64,000 nt of DNA, taken from positions 100,167,564 through 100,231,563 of the forward strand of contig NC_068981.1 in NCBI RefSeq assembly GCF_001194135.2. The letters are read 5' to 3'. Origin of the DNA: Octopus bimaculoides. Its lineage: Eukaryota. Positions within the stretch are counted from its first letter, which is position 1; each line of letters opens with the position of its first letter. Under the pieces are notes generated by a model. That model saw only the letters and a list, made by a program, of their open reading frames with translations. It was not told where the DNA came from and searched no databases. Both the position numbers and the translations under genes were made by a program. Below are positions 1-10,316 of the stretch, one piece after another.

Positions 1-633
1 GCAACAAGGATATCCAAAGTTAATGCAGTATGATCGTTTCATGCGACTTCATTTTTTTAAGCAATGTGAACATTACATCAAATATAAAATGCAGAGCAAT
101 CCTCAGCTGCACAAGGATATAGAAATTTACTGAAATTACATTTCAACAGAAGGACATATTTTTATAACTACATTTAAACTCTCCAAGTAGAAAGGAAGAA
201 TACAAAAAAAACATTTTGACTTCGCCAGACCATACTTAGGAGGGCACTAGCATTTTCTTCCCCACAAAGAAAATGCTAGTGCCCTCTTAAGTTTTGAATT
301 ACTAGGTCTGATAAGATGATCCATAAATCAGAAACAAAAAAAAAACAAATAAAATCAGTAACAGCTAAAAATCTGCTTAGAATTAATTACTAGCCTGTAT
401 GGTCTAGCTAAGTGAAAATGTTTTTTTTTTGTATTCTTCCTTTCTACTTGGAGAGTTTAAATGTAGTTATAAAAATATGTCCTTCTGTTGAATTGTAATT
501 TCAGTAAATTTCTATATCTTTGTGAAGCTGAGGATTGCTCTGCATTTTATATTTGATGTAATGTTCACATTGCTTAAATAAATGGAGTCGCATGAAATGA
601 TCGTACTGCATTAACTTTGGATATCCTTGTTGC
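1..633. repeat. Long inverted repeat / foldback (MITE-like), arms ~235 bp
   Basis: 1-235 is the near-perfect reverse complement of 397-633. The left arm probably continues beyond the window start. Confidence 0.85.
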
Positions 634-644
634 TTATTTTGATT

Positions 645-688
<44 letters not shown>

Positions 689-706
689 GATATATATACA
701 TACAGA

Positions 707-1887
707 TACACATGACAGAAGTAAAACATTGTTTTATGTTTATTCTAACTTGTAAAGTTTTATATTTCTTATTAGTTGACATTTTTATGTTTTAGGTTCT
801 ATATGTGACTGATTAGTCATGCCATGTATAAAAGAAGCTTTGGAACTCTTTGAATTTCAAAGAAGCCATATTGTGGGTCATTTTGAAGGTGGACATAGTC
901 AGTGTAAAATCGTAAAAAACCTTGGGATCCCACTTTCTACAGTTAACAGAGTGATTGTGCAATTCACCAGATAGGGGAAGGAGTCCACATCAACTCACCT
1001 AGATCAACCAGAGCCCTCTGACAGGACCCTTCTCTTTGTTAAGAGAAGTGTGGAGGATAATCCTCGTTGGAAGGTCTCTGACAAAGCAGAACAAGTTGAT
1101 ATCAGTCCCAGAACAGCTGTCAGGTATCTCCACAAACTTGGTTACTATGGCAAAGCAACAAGAAGGAAGCCACTTCTTTGACCAGCCAACATCAAGAGGG
1201 GAAAGGATAGGGCCAGCGAGATGGTGGCGTGGCCACTAGTATTTTGGGACACTGTCATATTTTTTGATAAGTCCAGATTTGCTTTATTTCCAGACAGTGG
1301 TCGAGTGTGGGTTTGGAAACTCATGATCAAGAATTTGATGTATTGCAGCCAACAATGAAACATGGCAGCTATTCTATGATGGTCTGGGGAGCTATTTGGA
1401 GCAATGGTTGATCAGTGCTGGTGGAGTGTGAGGGAAACATAAACTCAGATAAATATGTGTCCATATTGCAGAAAGAACTCTTTCCAATCTTCTCCAGTGG
1501 TGAAATGATTAAAGAAGACTTTTTTATTTATGGAAGATGGGGCTCCTTGTCACACGGCTAAAATGACCCAAGATTTGTTGGCAAAGAATGGGATTAAAAA
1601 GCTTCCATCGCCAAGCCAGTCACCAGATATGAACCCTATAGAACACCTCTGAGACATAATGCACAAGACACTTCATAAAAAGAACAAGAAAGCATCTTCA
1701 AAGCCAGATCTTTTAAGATTACTGCATGAAACTTGGCAAGAAATTTCCACAAGAGAATATTCGTCATCTGATCAGTAAAATGGCTAATAGGGTCCTTGCA
1801 TTGAAAATGCAAAGGGCATGTCTACTAGATATTAAATATTCACATTATAACAATTAATAAATAATTTGAATGTCTATTTACATTTGT

Positions 1888-1895
<8 letters not shown>
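707..1895 (+). mobile_element. Tc1-family (DD34E) DNA transposon, decayed
   Basis: Degenerate TIRs (cacatgacagaagtaaaacatt / aatgtctatttacatttgtcatgtg) flank a transposase remnant. Confidence 0.85.
819..1835 (+). pseudogene. Tc1 transposase pseudogene
   Basis: Manual translation gives ...WDTVIFFDKSRF...MMVWGAI...FMEDGAPCH...SPDMNPIEHL, with 34 residues between D and E. Stops and frameshifts are present. Confidence 0.9.

Positions 1896-1968
<73 letters not shown>
1889..1968. repeat. (GT)n microsatellite
   Basis: Directly visible. Confidence 0.98.
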
Positions 1969-1971
<3 letters not shown>

Positions 1972-2089
1972 ATATGAGGGGTTTAGTTCACTGGTGATCT
2001 AAATTAATAGGTATGCTGTGTAGTGCTATAATTGGTCATCTGTTATGTTCCAAGTTCACAGCTGAGGTTGGAGCTAGGGATCTGTAGTA

Positions 2090-2760
2090 GGTTTCTGAGT
2101 TAGCAGGTATATATCAGAGAAAAAAGGACAACAAAAATCAAGGCAGGATGAGTAACTCAAGTCACTTAGAATATAAAACTAGAGGAAGATGAATTTAAGG
2201 TAATTAAGTAATTAGTTAGTTGATTAATTAATTATTGGATGTCTCACAGCTGTTTCTGGGATATTCCAAGTGATAGGCTAGCATCTCCATATACTGGGTA
2301 TTCCATTATCAGAGACAAGGTGAGTATGTATAAAAGTTCTAGACAGGGAATTCATAGTTTATAAAGGAAGAAAATAGTAGATAGAAGAATAAAGAGTAAA
2401 ACAGTAGATAGAAGAATATAGACAGGAAAATAAAGTTAACAGCTCATCTTCCAGAGGGTATGGAGGTTGGTCCATACTTCCATGAAGGTATAGGTCCTTA
2501 AGTATAATCCCAGGTAAATCCAAGCAGTATTTTGGCAGTATTTTGAATGTTACATTCATGTTGAATGAATAGATCAAGTGGTTGATCTATTCCTTCAACA
2601 GGAAGGATGAGTATCTCAAGTCACTTAGAATATTTAATTACAGTAAAGTTTCAGCTTAAGTCCCTGTCCCTACCGGATTCGAGTAGTATCAGAGATACGG
2701 GGGCGAAACTACAAAGACATTATGGACTCCGACTGATGATGTAATCGGCTGTGAATGATC
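2090..2760 (-). mobile_element. Penelope-like pseudo-LTR region, decayed
   Basis: 30-bp direct repeat (2145-2174 / 2604-2633, one mismatch) and a hammerhead-like motif at 2240-2317. The family assignment is inferred. Confidence 0.45.
2240..2317 (-). ncRNA. Fossil type I hammerhead ribozyme (long stem II)
   Basis: Minus strand reads tgtct-CTGATAA-[imperfect long stem II]-GAAA-cagctg-TG-agaca. Stem I pairs and stem III is palindromic. G8>A and H17=G are expected to inactivate it. Confidence 0.6.
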
Positions 2761-2872
2761 TGTGTATCTTGTTTTTGACCTGTTAACCATTTGTCATGCT
2801 ATCGTTCATTTTTCCACATGTTGCATTTTGTTGGTTTCCGTTTGCTGTGTTCTTTCTGTTCTACCTTTGATT

Positions 2873-2877
<5 letters not shown>

Positions 2878-2929
<52 letters not shown>
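2878..2929. repeat. (TA)n microsatellite
   Basis: Directly visible. Confidence 0.97.
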
Positions 2930-2944
<15 letters not shown>

Positions 2945-3009
2945 TATATACACATATACATTTATATATATAAACACATGTATCTATGTACATATATATG
3001 TACACATTT

Positions 3010-3325
3010 ATATATCATCATCATCATCATCATCGTTTAACGTCCGCTTTCCATGCTAGCATGGGTTGGACGATTTGACTGAGGACTGGTGCAACCGGAT
3101 GGCAACACCAGGCTCCAATCTAATTTGGCAGAGTTTCTACAGCTGGATGCCCTTCCTAACGCCAACCACTCAGAGAGTGTAGTGGGTGTTTTTACGTGTC
3201 ACCCGCACGAAAACGGCCACGCTCGAAATGGTGTCTTTTATGTGCCACCCGCACAAGAGCCAGTCCAGGGGCACTGGCAACGATCTCGCTCGAAAGCCCT
3301 ACAAGGCCAGTCAGGCGGTACTGGC
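3010..3325 (-). mobile_element. SINE-like repeat with RTE-type 3' end and (GAT)n tail (young copy)
   Basis: Has the ggaagggcatccagctgtagaaa motif and a (CAT)n tail on the + strand. Nearly identical to the reverse complement of 27568-27740. Runs into the gap. Confidence 0.8.
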
Positions 3326-4240
3326 NNNNNNNNNNNNNNNNNNNNNNNNNNNNNNNNNNNNNNNNNNNNNNNNNNNNNNNNNNNNNNNNNNNNNNNNNNN
3401 NNNNNNNNNNNNNNNNNNNNNNNNNNNNNNNNNNNNNNNNNNNNNNNNNNNNNNNNNNNNNNNNNNNNNNNNNNNNNNNNNNNNNNNNNNNNNNNNNNNN
3501 NNNNNNNNNNNNNNNNNNNNNNNNNNNNNNNNNNNNNNNNNNNNNNNNNNNNNNNNNNNNNNNNNNNNNNNNNNNNNNNNNNNNNNNNNNNNNNNNNNNN
3601 NNNNNNNNNNNNNNNNNNNNNNNNNNNNNNNNNNNNNNNNNNNNNNNNNNNNNNNNNNNNNNNNNNNNNNNNNNNNNNNNNNNNNNNNNNNNNNNNNNNN
3701 NNNNNNNNNNNNNNNNNNNNNNNNNNNNNNNNNNNNNNNNNNNNNNNNNNNNNNNNNNNNNNNNNNNNNNNNNNNNNNNNNNNNNNNNNNNNNNNNNNNN
3801 NNNNNNNNNNNNNNNNNNNNNNNNNNNNNNNNNNNNNNNNNNNNNNNNNNNNNNNNNNNNNNNNNNNNNNNNNNNNNNNNNNNNNNNNNNNNNNNNNNNN
3901 NNNNNNNNNNNNNNNNNNNNNNNNNNNNNNNNNNNNNNNNNNNNNNNNNNNNNNNNNNNNNNNNNNNNNNNNNNNNNNNNNNNNNNNNNNNNNNNNNNNN
4001 NNNNNNNNNNNNNNNNNNNNNNNNNNNNNNNNNNNNNNNNNNNNNNNNNNNNNNNNNNNNNNNNNNNNNNNNNNNNNNNNNNNNNNNNNNNNNNNNNNNN
4101 NNNNNNNNNNNNNNNNNNNNNNNNNNNNNNNNNNNNNNNNNNNNNNNNNNNNNNNNNNNNNNNNNNNNNNNNNNNNNNNNNNNNNNNNNNNNNNNNNNNN
4201 NNNNNNNNNNNNNNNNNNNNNNNNNNNNNNNNNNNNNNNN
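3326..4240. other. Assembly gap (N run)
   Basis: N characters. Confidence 1.
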
Positions 4241-4257
4241 GTGTGTTGAAGCATATT

Positions 4258-4373
4258 CTGTTGTGTCTGGGGAGACTCATTTTCTTATTGGGCCTTAAAA
4301 TTTAACACAGTCACCGGTGAGTGTGTTAAATTTTAAGGCACAATAAGAAAATGACTCTCCCCAGATACAATAG
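4258..4373. repeat. ~110-bp near-perfect palindrome (hairpin/MITE)
   Basis: 4261-4314 vs reverse complement of 4317-4370: 54 bp with 4 mismatches, centred on tcaccggtga. Confidence 0.92.
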
Positions 4374-4417
<44 letters not shown>

Positions 4418-4846
4418 CATATATATGTATACACACACACACATATACAATATGCTTCAAAACCAGATGAAACAAATTACCACAGAGTTGAATGAGAGTT
4501 ACAGAACAGATATCAATATTTCATCTCACTGGTGCCGTATATACCATAATCCCTTGCCATATCGCAGTTCACCTATTACAGTTCACCTATCACAGTGGGG
4601 GTTTGGAATATAACACTCACAATAGTCGAGGAATTACTCTACTCGAGTCACCCAAAGTATATATGTATAGTGCAAAATTTATTTGCTGATGTGTAAAAGT
4701 GCCACACACAAAACAAAATGTAAATTTTGATTTAGAAATAGCTCTATAATATAAACATTATTGATGTCACATACTTAATGTATGTGCAATTTTGAATGCT
4801 TTTTGGTATTTCATCCAGGTTTTGTGCCATTTTGTCCAGGCAAAGT

Positions 4847-5200
4847 CCCTCCAAATATGATGTCTGTTGAAAAAACAGAGTATACTTTAAAGCAAGGTAA
4901 AGCAAATTACCATGGAGGTGAACAGGAATGACAAATATTGATACTTTGCAGTTATTTCAGCTTGTCAGTGTTTTACCTGTGTAGTGCTGTTGCACATAAA
5001 CAGACAGGTGTTGTGCTATCTGTATGCACTTCAGGCCAGCAATCTGAACTTATCTCAAAGGCAAATGAAGAATATGGCATGATGTGCTGAAATAACAGTG
5101 AAAATACTGATGTCTGTCATTCTCATTCACCTCTGTGATGATTCATTTCATCTGGCTTTGAAGTATAATGTGTTTTTCAACACATTACGTCTTTGGAGGG
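4847..5200. repeat. Degenerate inverted repeat (old MITE-like element)
   Basis: 4847-4892 resembles the reverse complement of 5156-5200 (ccctccaaa...tgttgaaaaa...tatactt.aaag). Confidence 0.5.
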
Positions 5201-5269
5201 GATTTCCCTAGATGAAATACTCCAGCCAAAATGGTGTTTAACAAAAGATATGCATTAAATTTATATATG

Positions 5270-6568
5270 TACAGGGTGTTTGGGCTAAATTTGACAGTTT
5301 GTGTTAAAGAAAAAGAAAACATGATATCCTGTCCAGAAATAAAAATATTTAAGAAAAAATTAAAAGATTCCAACTAGATTATGGCTAGGACATAACTATT
5401 TACTCAAAGTAGCTGCCCTCAGCTTCCCTCATGGCCTCAACACAGCTCCAGAACTTGGCATATGCATTCTTCATTGTGTCCCTAGAAAGGTCTTTAAACA
5501 CTTCCTTAAAAGGGGTTTGAAGACCTAGAAAGGTCTTCAAAACCTGCCAGCTCAGCCTTGATGTTGCAGGCAGAGTGGTTGAGGTTTTTCTCAACTGTGC
5601 TCCACACAAAGTGATCTATAGGGTTACAATCAGGGGAATTAACAGGCCAGAAATTGGGACTAGTGAAGTTGTAGAAATGTTTTGACAACCACTTCTGACT
5701 CTTTTCAGATGTATGACAAGAAGCCAAATCCTGCTACCACACATATGGCCATCCAGCAGCAACCCTCTCCAGCCAAGGTTTGACTACGGTCTCCAGCAAC
5801 TTCACATAGCCATCTGAAGTCCCTGTCCCTGTTCAAAGGTGTGGAGCAGCATGATGTTAACCTCATTGGAGACATACCCAAAGACCTTCACAGTTTGGAG
5901 AAACTTGGTTTTCATATGTGGGACATCACATGGAATGTAGACAAGCCACCAGTTGTTCTGGGTGTAGTACAACTGGTCTTTGTAGAAGCTCCTTTCATCT
6001 GAGAAAACTAGATCATCCTTGGCTCAGCAGGATGTCTCATCTTGATCAGGAGCTTTTTTACCTTCATCAAGCAGTTCTATCAGAATTTGTCCCTTATACT
6101 TTTTGTATAAATGGTAATGAAAGTCCTCATTCAGAGACAGCTTCACAGTGGAAACTCCAATACCCATCTCTCTTACTGAACCCCAGATTTCCTTGCTCAG
6201 ATATTCCATCACCTTGTCCTGAATTTGTTGAATGAATTCCAGTGTGTTGATGTAGTCAGAATGCTTGCTGTATCACTTCCTGCAGGCCATGGCTTCATAG
6301 TCTCTGTTGCAGCTGTCCATGTCACATCTTACTGCCTTTACAGTGTTCACAAAGCATTGAGCCACAGTCATAATATCAGCATATTGGTGATACCCAGCAT
6401 GACTCATCTTGATACAGGTAACTCTTTTCCAATATTTCTCCATTCTCCTATTCTAACACATCAGTTAACTTTTTCTCAGTTACAACTTAAATCTGTTTAC
6501 CAGAACATCAAGCAGTTCCTGAAATAAAGAGACATAAACAATCATCAAATTCAGCCCGAACATCAGTA
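5270..6568 (-). mobile_element. maT/DD37D Tc1-mariner transposon, decayed
   Basis: TIR tacagggtgtttgggctaaatttga has a degenerate partner at 6541-6568. The minus strand reads PYVW*QDLASCH...WPVNSPDCNPIDHFVW, with 37 residues between D and D. Confidence 0.9.
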
Positions 6569-6590
6569 TATATACAAATATATACATATA

Positions 6591-6629
<39 letters not shown>

Positions 6630-6863
6630 TTGCGTATATATATATAGGTGAGAAAGTTGGTATGTGAAAGCACGTGGTTGGATGTATAAAAGATAAATAA
6701 GAGTGAAAAAACTACAGAAGGCTTGTGTTATATGGTTAAAGTATATATTTAAATCGTTATATTAGAAAAATGTTATAAAATTTTGAGTATAGAAACATTG
6801 TATTTGGAGAAATAACCGGTTTCGTATTTTCTCTTCAAATTTCTCTACCCGTATCGTAACATG
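6630..6863 (-). mobile_element. Penelope-like pseudo-LTR fragment
   Basis: Carries the minimal hammerhead at 6807-6845 and continues into the gap. The assignment is inferred from the known PLE-hammerhead association. Confidence 0.5.
6807..6845 (-). ncRNA. Minimal type I hammerhead ribozyme motif (C3>U variant)
   Basis: Minus strand reads gagaaat-TTGAAGA-g(aaaata)c-GAAA-ccgg-TT-atttctc. Perfect 7-bp stem I and palindromic accggt stem III. Confidence 0.7.
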
Positions 6864-7521
6864 NNNNNNNNNNNNNNNNNNNNNNNNNNNNNNNNNNNNN
6901 NNNNNNNNNNNNNNNNNNNNNNNNNNNNNNNNNNNNNNNNNNNNNNNNNNNNNNNNNNNNNNNNNNNNNNNNNNNNNNNNNNNNNNNNNNNNNNNNNNNN
7001 NNNNNNNNNNNNNNNNNNNNNNNNNNNNNNNNNNNNNNNNNNNNNNNNNNNNNNNNNNNNNNNNNNNNNNNNNNNNNNNNNNNNNNNNNNNNNNNNNNNN
7101 NNNNNNNNNNNNNNNNNNNNNNNNNNNNNNNNNNNNNNNNNNNNNNNNNNNNNNNNNNNNNNNNNNNNNNNNNNNNNNNNNNNNNNNNNNNNNNNNNNNN
7201 NNNNNNNNNNNNNNNNNNNNNNNNNNNNNNNNNNNNNNNNNNNNNNNNNNNNNNNNNNNNNNNNNNNNNNNNNNNNNNNNNNNNNNNNNNNNNNNNNNNN
7301 NNNNNNNNNNNNNNNNNNNNNNNNNNNNNNNNNNNNNNNNNNNNNNNNNNNNNNNNNNNNNNNNNNNNNNNNNNNNNNNNNNNNNNNNNNNNNNNNNNNN
7401 NNNNNNNNNNNNNNNNNNNNNNNNNNNNNNNNNNNNNNNNNNNNNNNNNNNNNNNNNNNNNNNNNNNNNNNNNNNNNNNNNNNNNNNNNNNNNNNNNNNN
7501 NNNNNNNNNNNNNNNNNNNNN
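6864..7521. other. Assembly gap (N run)
   Basis: N characters. Confidence 1.
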
Positions 7522-7830
7522 TATCCCTCCCATCATGATCTGTAGCACGAACGGACCCGGGTTTCAGGGTTATTTCCCTTCGTCGGCGTTCAATAGCCAC
7601 TGATCTTTGATGAGAGAGACAAAATCTTGGGTCCGTTCGTGCTACAGATCATGATGGGAGGGATAACTTCCCTTGGCAAACAGGACACCGTAGTGTGTCG
7701 ATAAGCCAGCTGGAGGAGATGTCCTCCTGGGGCTAAAAGCAACAGTAACATCCACCCCTAGGGGTCAGCCACACTTAAGTGGCAATATACTACACTTTAT
7801 CGTGCAGTTACTGTTAATACTTCATTTAGA
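7522..7830. mobile_element. Divergent pair of Penelope-like pseudo-LTR / retrozyme-like units
   Basis: Perfect 37-bp inverted repeat (7522-7558 / 7629-7665). 7650-7830 is similar to 33731-33900 and 34070-34230. Confidence 0.7.
7549..7591 (-). ncRNA. Minimal type I hammerhead ribozyme motif (U4>C variant)
   Basis: Minus strand reads gaacg-CCGACGA-aggg(aaataa)ccct-GAAA-cccggg-TC-cgttc. All three stems pair and the cleavage triplet is GUC. Confidence 0.8.
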
Positions 7831-7920
7831 GAATTAACATATATATATATATATATTTATATAAAACGTCATATGTAAACAAACATAAGTTTGTTTTTGA
7901 AGCATTGAAATATATTGTAG

Positions 7921-8087
7921 AACAAGTAGAGAGATATATTTTCAACGCGTAAATACTGAACAGTATATATATCAGATAAAATCCTTTTTTAAAAGGTAGA
8001 GCACTCTAACTGGATATTAGAGGGGTGTGAGTTCAATCCTATATATATACTGTTCAGTATTTACAGCGGAAAATATATCTTTCTACT

Positions 8088-8091
<4 letters not shown>
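7921..8091. repeat. Inverted repeat (~50-bp arms) enclosing a tRNA-like fragment
   Basis: 7921-7972 resembles the reverse complement of 8041-8091. The interior has GGTAGAGC, a ctctaa/ttagag stem and GTTCAATCC. Confidence 0.75.
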
Positions 8092-8152
<61 letters not shown>

Positions 8153-9009
8153 AGGGTGGGCTGCAAAGTTCATAGGCTGAAGTCTTGTATGCAATAACTT
8201 CAACCCTTCTTATTAATAATTTCATTGTTTCTTTCCAGGTAAACTGACATCTGATTGTTCAAAGAAGGCTACTTCAAAAGTAACTAATGGCAACTTCTAT
8301 GGAGATGGTATTATCAACTATCTTCAGAAAAAGTGTTTAGTCCCCAAGAACATTCATGTAACATGGTTGCTACATAAGGGGATGGTGTTCCAGCTTTATC
8401 AACAATGCAAAAGTGGGCAGCTGAATTTAGGAAGGGAAGGGAAAGTCTTGAAGATGACTGAAAATCTGGACATCCTACAACTGTCACCACCAAGGAAAAC
8501 ATTGATCATATTCACCACATAGTGATTGATGATAGGCAATTTACCATAAATCAAATAGCTTATGCTATTAGCATACCTTGTGAGCGAGTTGAGAATATTG
8601 TGCACAATGAACTTGGCATGATGAAGGTTTCTGCTTGGTGGGTGCCACATCTTCTGATACATGATTAGAAGTGCACCAGGTTGATCACTGACAAATGAGG
8701 AAAACTGACAAACGAGGTCTTGTTTCATCAGGACAATGCTCCAACGCATGTCTTTTGGTCTCAATAGCTGATGTGCATGACTGTGGCTTTGAACTGCTCA
8801 CTCACCCTCCCTGTTCTGATTTAGTCTCAACTGACTATCATCAGTTCCCCAATGTGAAAAACACATTTGGCTGGGAACCTGTAGTACAGTGATAATGACA
8901 TCATATTTGCTGTTGATGACTTTTACTTCTCATAGGATGAAAGCTTCTTCACAAATGGGATCCAAGCACTGCAATGTCAACGGAATATGTATATGGACTG
9001 CAAGGGGGT

Positions 9010-9585
9010 AAAAAACCCCTTCTGGTCATGATTGACCATGGGATTGCACCTAGAAAATTTCCCCAATAGGCACAAGTCTGGGCAAGGTTGTTTATGGAAG
9101 ACCAGCAGTCATCCATGCATACCAACTCCACTTCTCCATGCCACCAATATTCTTTTCTACTCTAGGTACAATGCCCGAAATTTTCGGGGAGGGTGCCAGT
9201 CAATTAGGTCAACCCCAGTATGCAATTGGTACTTAATTTATCGACCCCAAAAGGATGGAAGGCAAAATCGACCTCGGCGGAATATGAACTCAGAATGTAA
9301 AGTAAGACAAAGTACCGCTAAGCATTTCACCCAGCATGCTAACATTTCTGCCAGCTTGCTGCCTTTCCATGTCACCAATATTACCCAAGCAAAAGGCAAA
9401 GGCTGATACAGCTTGGCACCAGTGATGTCACAACTCATTTCTACAACTGGGTAAACTGGAGCAATGGGAAATAAAATGTTTGCTCAAGAACAACACACAG
9501 CCCAGTCCAGGAATCAAACTCAGTGTCTCATGATTGTGAGCCCAACACTCTAACCACTGAGCCATGTGCCTTCACTCATTACAGA
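9010..9585 (-). mobile_element. tRNA-headed SINE inserted in the mariner
   Basis: tRNA-like head on the minus strand at ~9500-9575 (ggcacatggctcagtggttagagtgttggg...). It interrupts the transposase end. Confidence 0.65.
9152..9366 (-). mobile_element. SINE family B nested in the preceding SINE
   Basis: Flanked by a 16-bp TSD ccatgYcaccaatatt (9136-9151 / 9367-9382). The same family recurs about ten times in the window. Confidence 0.85.
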
Positions 9586-9692
9586 TGGGGGGGGGGGCTA
9601 TATTGAAAAATAAGCTTCATTTAGTCACATTCCATAAGAGTATCTTGGTCAGCCTATGAACCTTTCAGCTGACACTTGTATATTATTATTTG

Positions 9693-9843
9693 AAACGGTT
9701 TGATTCAGTTCCATGTGAGTTAAAGATTCTCAGGCATCTTACAGAAATCCATCTCATTCAGGCTTAGATTTGGTAATCTAAGCCTGAATGAGAGAGGTTT
9801 CTAAGTCTCATCTAAATCTCATGGAGCCAAATCAAACTGTTTT
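9693..9843. repeat. Hairpin with a perfect 19-bp core stem and extended imperfect arms
   Basis: tctcattcaggcttagatt-tggt-aatctaagcctgaatgaga (9752-9793). The outer arms pair imperfectly. Confidence 0.85.
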
Positions 9844-9916
9844 AAAGAATAATACATGTAACTCCTACAAAATGTATTGAGTGCCTTTTTCTGGCATTTT
9901 TCCACTCACTCATATA

Positions 9917-10133
9917 TACGAGGGGTGTTGAAAAGTTCTTGACTTTGGATAAAAGAAAATACAGGAGGATCAGTTAATTATGACTTTATGCAAGATATTT
10001 CCCTCTCAGATTCAAATGTTTATTGTAGTGATCCTTCAGTTTTTCTAAGTCTTGTAAAGAACTCAGAAGTTTGGGCATCCAAGCAAGCCTTTTGCGATAC
10101 CCTTAAAGTCAAGAACTTTTCAGCACTCCATTA
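9917..10133. mobile_element. mariner-derived MITE
   Basis: TIR tacgaggggtgttgaaaagttcttgacttt / aaagtcaagaacttttcagcactcca. No coding remnant. Confidence 0.8.
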
Positions 10134-10279
10134 TGTGTGTGTGTGTGTGGGGGGGGTTCATTCAGTTTCTGTCTGCCAAAAACTTGAGGCTTTGGCTTGT
10201 CTTAAGCTATTGTAGAAGGCACTTAATCAAGGTGCTAAGGTGCTATGCAGTAAGACTGAACCTGGTTAAGAAGTAGTCT

Positions 10280-10316
<37 letters not shown>

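Larger units (their letters stand above)
8149..9680 (+). mobile_element. mariner transposon, decayed, interrupted near its 3' end by nested SINEs
   Basis: TIRs tacaagggtgggctgcaaagttcataggctga / tcagcctatgaacctttcagctgacacttgta. Remnant motifs WAAEFRKGRESLEDD, KVSAWWVPHLL, HQDNAP, HPPCSDL. The C-terminus (..DCKG / GYIEK*) is split by the insert at ~9010-9590. Confidence 0.9.

Noticed and set aside
2660-2760. CTGATGA at 2733-2739 and a ctgatac...gaat-ccgg-ta motif on the minus strand
   Set aside because: There is no correctly placed GAAA or stem I pairing, so a hammerhead cannot be supported.
7995-8040. True tRNA gene
   Set aside because: No acceptor stem; treated as a tRNA-like fragment. 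SINE heads elsewhere are likewise not tRNA genes.
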